From Vitrella brassicaformis CCMP3155 (taxonomy: Eukaryota > Protista > Chromerida): a DNA stretch of 64,000 bases. Positions 59,351-64,000 of this stretch are shown here, piece by piece. A model generated the notes under the pieces. That model was not told the origin of the DNA. It did not search any database and was given only the letters and a program-made list of their open reading frames with translations. Position numbers and translations under genes: made by a program. Every line of letters begins with the position of its first letter. Position 1 is the first letter of the stretch. Location: NCBI GenBank assembly GCA_001179505.1, contig CDMY01000347.1, positions 124,001 to 188,000 of the forward strand, in the 5' to 3' direction.

Positions 59351-60415
59351 ATGGCGCAGTTCCTCGTCTCTGTTCGCCGCCGTCCTCTTGTGTCGATCCT
59401 TCTGACTTTGCCCTTCCTCATCTTTCTCACCGCCCTCGTCGATGCCGAGGTGCGGAATCTCAAAGGGAGAGGGGGCGGCTTCAGCAGCGGTGGAGGGTAC
59501 TCCTCCTCTAGCAGCTACAGCAGCAGGCCCTCATCGTCATATGGCGGCTCATCGTCATACGGCGGATACAGCAGCAGCTCATCCAGCTCATCCGCAGCAG
59601 CTGGCTTCGTCGGCGGCTACATAGCCGGCAGCATGAGCAGCGGCGGTGGCTCGTCAAGCTCGAGGCGCAGCCACAGAAGCGGCAACTCCACCAGCACCGA
59701 CTCACAAAGCGAGTGCAGGGATTGCGGGATGATCTTCGGCATCGTCATCGGCTCGATAGTGGGGCTCGTCATCCTCTGCTGCGTCTGTGTCGGTCTCGGG
59801 CACTGTATTGGGAGATGCGTGCAGGAAGACAGGCTCATGAAGCAGCAGAGGTTGGCCAACAGCCGACGGAGCCGCATCAAGCCAACACTCACCAAGACGC
59901 CCCCGGCCTCGGGGAAGTGGATCGGCACATATGTCGAGAAGGGCGGCCCCTACGGCGGGACCAAGTCGTTCACGACCACCTACAAGCTGACTTTCGACTA
60001 TGACGGCACTGTCACGGGGACTGGCACCGACGCGGACGGCACCTTCACAGTCAACGGCGTCTATAGCGCCAAGAGTGGTCGGATCTCGTGGGGCGAGATG
60101 GGCACCGACAACCTCCGTGTGGACGTCAGCGGCCGGTTCGACGTCAGCCGGCGATCTATCAGCGGCCGATACCACGCCAACACCGGCGTGAGCAACGCCA
60201 TCGCCATTCGCTTCATGGAGGCTGATGCATCCCTCGCCCCCACGACCAAGCCGCCGGCCGTCACCGTCATGACGCCCACGGCCCCCCTGGCGCCCACAAC
60301 GGTGAATGTGGTGCAGATGGAGCCGATCCCGGTGTACAGTGGGTCGGACACGACGGCGCCCTCGTCGTTTGCGGGGCCGGACAAGCCGGCCGTGTTGACT
60401 AACTGGGCGGCCTAG
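59351..60415 (+). CDS. Intronless type I membrane protein: signal peptide, Gly/Ser-rich ectodomain, one TM helix, beta-rich cytosolic domain
   Basis: Hydrophobic LVSILLTLPFLIFLTALVDA, then a GGGFSSGGGYSSSSS tract, the TM helix MIFGIVIGSIVGLVILCCVCVGL, then SGKWIGTYVE...LTFDYDGTVTGTGTDADGTFTVNGVY. Confidence 0.8.
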   Translation: MAQFLVSVRRRPLVSILLTLPFLIFLTALVDAEVRNLKGRGGGFSSGGGYSSSSSYSSRPSSSYGGSSSYGGYSSSSSSSSAAAGFVGGYIAGSMSSGGGSSSSRRSHRSGNSTSTDSQSECRDCGMIFGIVIGSIVGLVILCCVCVGLGHCIGRCVQEDRLMKQQRLANSRRSRIKPTLTKTPPASGKWIGTYVEKGGPYGGTKSFTTTYKLTFDYDGTVTGTGTDADGTFTVNGVYSAKSGRISWGEMGTDNLRVDVSGRFDVSRRSISGRYHANTGVSNAIAIRFMEADASLAPTTKPPAVTVMTPTAPLAPTTVNVVQMEPIPVYSGSDTTAPSSFAGPDKPAVLTNWAA

Positions 60416-61598
60416 CTGTGGGGGAGTCATGTCTGTCATGTGTGTGTGTAGGATAGAGGGTGGGGTGTGACAATGGCAGGGAGCGACGGAGGGGACGGCA
60501 GCATGGGATGTGATGTGACGGCTGTGGATGATGGGTGTGTGTGGGGGCCTGTATAGGTAGGGGTGAGATGGGTGGGTGGCTGTTCAATTGTGGCTGTTCG
60601 TGTTTCGTGCGCCTCGGTGTCTACCTGCGTGTGCGGCCTGTGGTGTGTGGTGTGTGGCCTGTGGTATGTGGTGTGTGGTATGTACTCGTACTCGTCCTCG
60701 CCTCCCGAGTACGCGAGTATGAGTACTATACACACACACATACTACACACACACATACATACACTCAGAGATACACACAGACATGCGGCCTTCGTCGCCT
60801 TGTCGTTCATGCAGTTTGTGTCAGTGATTTTTGTCAGCCAGTCGACCTGTCGTGTGGCGTGGCGTGGCTGAGCCGGCAGAGAGGCTCAAAAGTCGTGTCT
60901 TTATGGTGTAGGGTGTAGGATATCCATTCGTGTGTGCGTGTGTCGTGTGTGTGCATGGTCAGCGAGCCCCACCAGTGGTGGTCTGTTTATTACATCTCTG
61001 TGCCACCAGAGCAACCTGCTTGCCGCCCCCTGTGTGTAGCAGCCATCTGTGCCTTTATCGTGCGTGTCGTATATAAGTGTGTGTGTGTGTGTCTTCAAGT
61101 GTCACTGAGGTGTGTACGAGAGATTCGGTAAGAGGTCTGTCTTTCCTTTCGGCTGATTTTCCTTCCGTGAGTTTTGCTGATCGTTTCAAGCAGAGCTGCC
61201 GGGCTGGCGTGTGTGCCGGGGCAGCGCTCTGTAGGGTCCCTTTATGCGTCTGTGCGAGAGGGGTTGATGGACACACACACACAGAGGGACCGTTAATCGA
61301 TGCACCACTCAATGATTTCATTAAGCCTCAAACACCACAGAGCACTTGAGTCAAGAAAACTTACGCACAGTAAGGCGTCACAGCCGTCCGTCAACCACAG
61401 CACGATTGCTTTGCAAGGCTGTTCCAGTCAACACGCAACGAGTGCGTTCACCACGCAATGCCGAGATCAACCCAGACGACCCACCCACCACCCCACCCCA
61501 CGGCAGCACCGCGAGGGCGGCCAATGGCGATCGACCTATCTACATCTACAATAAGGGGCTGGCTGCATGGATGGATGGACGCTGGGTCTGTCGGTGCG

Positions 61599-64000
61599 TC
61601 AGGCCTTTGTTTTCTTCTTGGGTGATGCCTTCTTGCCCTTCCGGCTCCTCTTGTTGGTGCCGTCCAGGGGCTTGTATATGCTGTAGTCCTCGTCATCATC
61701 CTCTTCCTCCTACACACACACACGGTAAGGGGAGAGAGAGACAGAGACAGAGAGAGAGAGTTGAGCCAACGGAGGGGTGTGCCATGCAGCCAGCCGTTCT
61801 TCACACTGCTGACTGACTGACCCCTTCCTCATCATCTTCTTCTTCGTCATCAGGGTCTGGCTTCATCTCGCTCTTGGGCGCCCTCTTGATGGCCTTGTGC
61901 TCGTCGTACGCCGCCTTCATGCTGATCGATCAACACAGAGAGAGGGAGGGAGGCTGACCATTGAGACGAGAGAGGCCCACCTACTCTAGACACATACCGG
62001 TCTTTGCACTCTTGAGAGGCCTCGGCGTGGTCAACTGAATCAAGAAGGGGAGAGGGACAACGCACACACGCAGCGACACACACATGGATGGATGGATGGA
62101 TGGCAGGGCGGCCCACCGACTCACTCACTCACCGATGGGTTCGGGGTAGTCCTGTCCGATGATGCACTTGGCCTCCTCCTGGACGGCCTTGGGGGCCTTC
62201 CAGGGCTCGTAGACGTACTTGTCGGGCATGTGACGCAACTCGGGCACGTAACGCCTCACGTACGCACCAGCTGGCATCCACCCATCCATAACACACCACA
62301 TACGACACACACGGGTGTCTTGCAATGGCCACGTATGGCGTCGGTGGTTGGTGTGTGTGTCCTGCTATTGCATATATATACTTACTCGGATCGTATTTCT
62401 TAGCGAATGTGGAGGGGTGGTAGATGCGAAAGAACTGGTAGAAGAAACACGAGCACGACAGCCACATCCAGTTGCCTGCCGCACACACACACACATTGGT
62501 TGCCCCTTTGTCCTCATGTGTTCCCTCCTCGTGCGAACGCACCGTTGTTGATGGACCAGTCCGCGTCGATGAGCAGCTCATCGAACGTCTTGGCACCAAC
62601 TTCCCAACTGCAGAACAAATCACCCTGCACACACCACACACACACAGAGAGAGAGAGAGCACACAGACAGCATGCACGCCCCCTGCCTCAAAGTTCCCTG
62701 TGTGTGTGGTGTGTGTGCATACCCTGGTGAGGAAGCAGGCGACGGCATGTCTGGCGAGATGGTGCATCCAGCCCTCACGCCGCAGCTGACGCATCGATCC
62801 AACCCCCCACAGCACAGGCCGCACATCCAATGGTGTGCAATGCAGCGGTGCGGTGTAGTGTTGTTGAGTGCATCATCGTGTACCTGCCGCATGGCGGCGT
62901 CAATCCATGGGTAGCCCGTCTTGCCCTGCTGCCAGGCCTCGATCCACTCCTCACTGTCAACCACACACACCACACACAGAGAGAGAGGGAAGGAGAACGA
63001 GCACGTCCAAACACACATCAATGTGGTGTGTGGTTGGGTGTCTGACTCACTTGTTGACCCATGCGATCTGTCTGCATATCTTGTTGCCCGCCATCCTGTC
63101 ATAGTTGTTCGTCGCGTAACCAACTAAGCAAGACCAGACCCCCACACACACATCAGCCAGCCGCCCACCCTCCCACTCCATCACCCACCCATACGCACCC
63201 GTGTAGAAGAATTCGCGCCAGTAAAGCTGCCCCAGGAGCGACACGGGCGGCTGCGAGTGGCCCTTGTGCCGCTTGTAGATGGCCAGCAGATGGTGATAGA
63301 ACTTGCGAGCCGACACACAGCCGAACTTCATATAGGGCGACTGCAGCGGAAGGCAGACAAACCGAGAGATGGGAGGCGGCTCTGTGGGTGGTACGGTAGG
63401 TACCATTTGTGTGGTGCTGGCAGGGTTGAAGTCCGTCGGCTTGGTCTTGGGCTTCTCGAACGTTGCGATCCACCTGCACACACACACAGACATTTCCTTC
63501 TCCCCACAGCACCATCCCCAGCCCCTGTGCGTCCATTCTCACTTCTCATTCCTGGTGACGTCATGCAGCCTCTGCAGCCCGACAGTCTCGCCGCCCCTCA
63601 GCACGCCGTTGTGGGGGGTCTCCTCGCAGCCCATCTCCTGCAAAGTGGGCACACTGTAGCTCTCGTCCACCTTGCCCAGCACGGCGGCAGGGGGAGCCGG
63701 GATGGCTGCCGGGGCGTCCTTATCCGTCTGTGGCGGACCGATCGACTCTACCATCTTCACAAACGGACCTGCCATGCCATACACACAGATGGATGGATGG
63801 ATGGATGGATGGATGCATTTGTTGATGTGCTGTGCATGCCTCTCCTGGCGCACCATATGAGAGGGGTGGAGTGCCTTTGAACTTCTTGAGTATCTCGTCC
63901 AGGTCGAACAGCGTGTGTCCCGGGCTGACCGTCACCTCCACGCCCCCCTCCTTGGCTATCTTGGTCACCTCGGCGTCGCGGCTCCTGGCGTATGGCTCGC
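61599..64000 (-). CDS. (6-4) photolyase / cryptochrome, multi-exon, 5' end outside window
   Basis: [56 protein letters not shown]|[53 protein letters not shown] and YVYEPWKAP...IIGQDYPEP. The HHLARH and WMWLS His/Trp pattern fits the (6-4) photolyase/animal-cryptochrome clade. Confidence 0.95.

Noticed and set aside
1-64000. CRISPR-like or coding interpretation of (TG)n, (CA)n, (GGAT)n, (AGAC)n, (GA)n tracts and the CVCVC/THTHT ORFs they generate
   Set aside because: These are simple intronic microsatellites with no repeat-spacer structure. Their translations are artefacts.

Overview
Eukaryotic genomic DNA with GC-rich exons and many short GT-AG introns filled with (TG)n/(CA)n, (GGAT)n and (AGAC)n microsatellites. 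This architecture most resembles the chromerid alga Vitrella brassicaformis (inference from style, not from a database match). Because of the introns, the six-frame ORF track fragments almost every gene. I rebuilt gene models by eye from splice sites and family motifs, so internal boundaries are approximate. Recognisable genes, left to right: a divergent PRMT5-like arginine methyltransferase (-), a BTB/POZ protein (+), FACT subunit SPT16 (-, 300-N gap in intron 1), a tocopherol-cyclase-like protein (+), argininosuccinate synthase (-), a 2OG-Fe(II) oxygenase (+), a UIM-containing protein (+), a Mal d 1-associated-protein-like gene (+), a rolling-stone/FAR-17a-like membrane protein (-), a class I glutamine amidotransferase (+), COX11 (-), GpsA-type glycerol-3-phosphate dehydrogenase (+), a secreted AGE/cellobiose-2-epimerase-like gene with an in-frame stop (+), a coiled-coil protein (-), a single-pass membrane protein (+) and a (6-4) photolyase/cryptochrome (-, 5' end outside the window). 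There are also three hypothetical genes. Mobile DNA: a 388-bp MITE with TIRs and an exact 8-bp TSD, and a decayed, intron-containing Helitron Rep/Pif1 element of about 8-10 kb. The strongest leads are a PRMT5 paralogue lacking its catalytic glutamates, a MITE that appears to have rewritten a host C-terminus, the spliced Helitron, a plant MdAP-like protein in an alveolate-like genome, and a duplicated 95-nt stem-loop. I found no convincing multi-gene novel system, tRNA, rRNA or CRISPR array.
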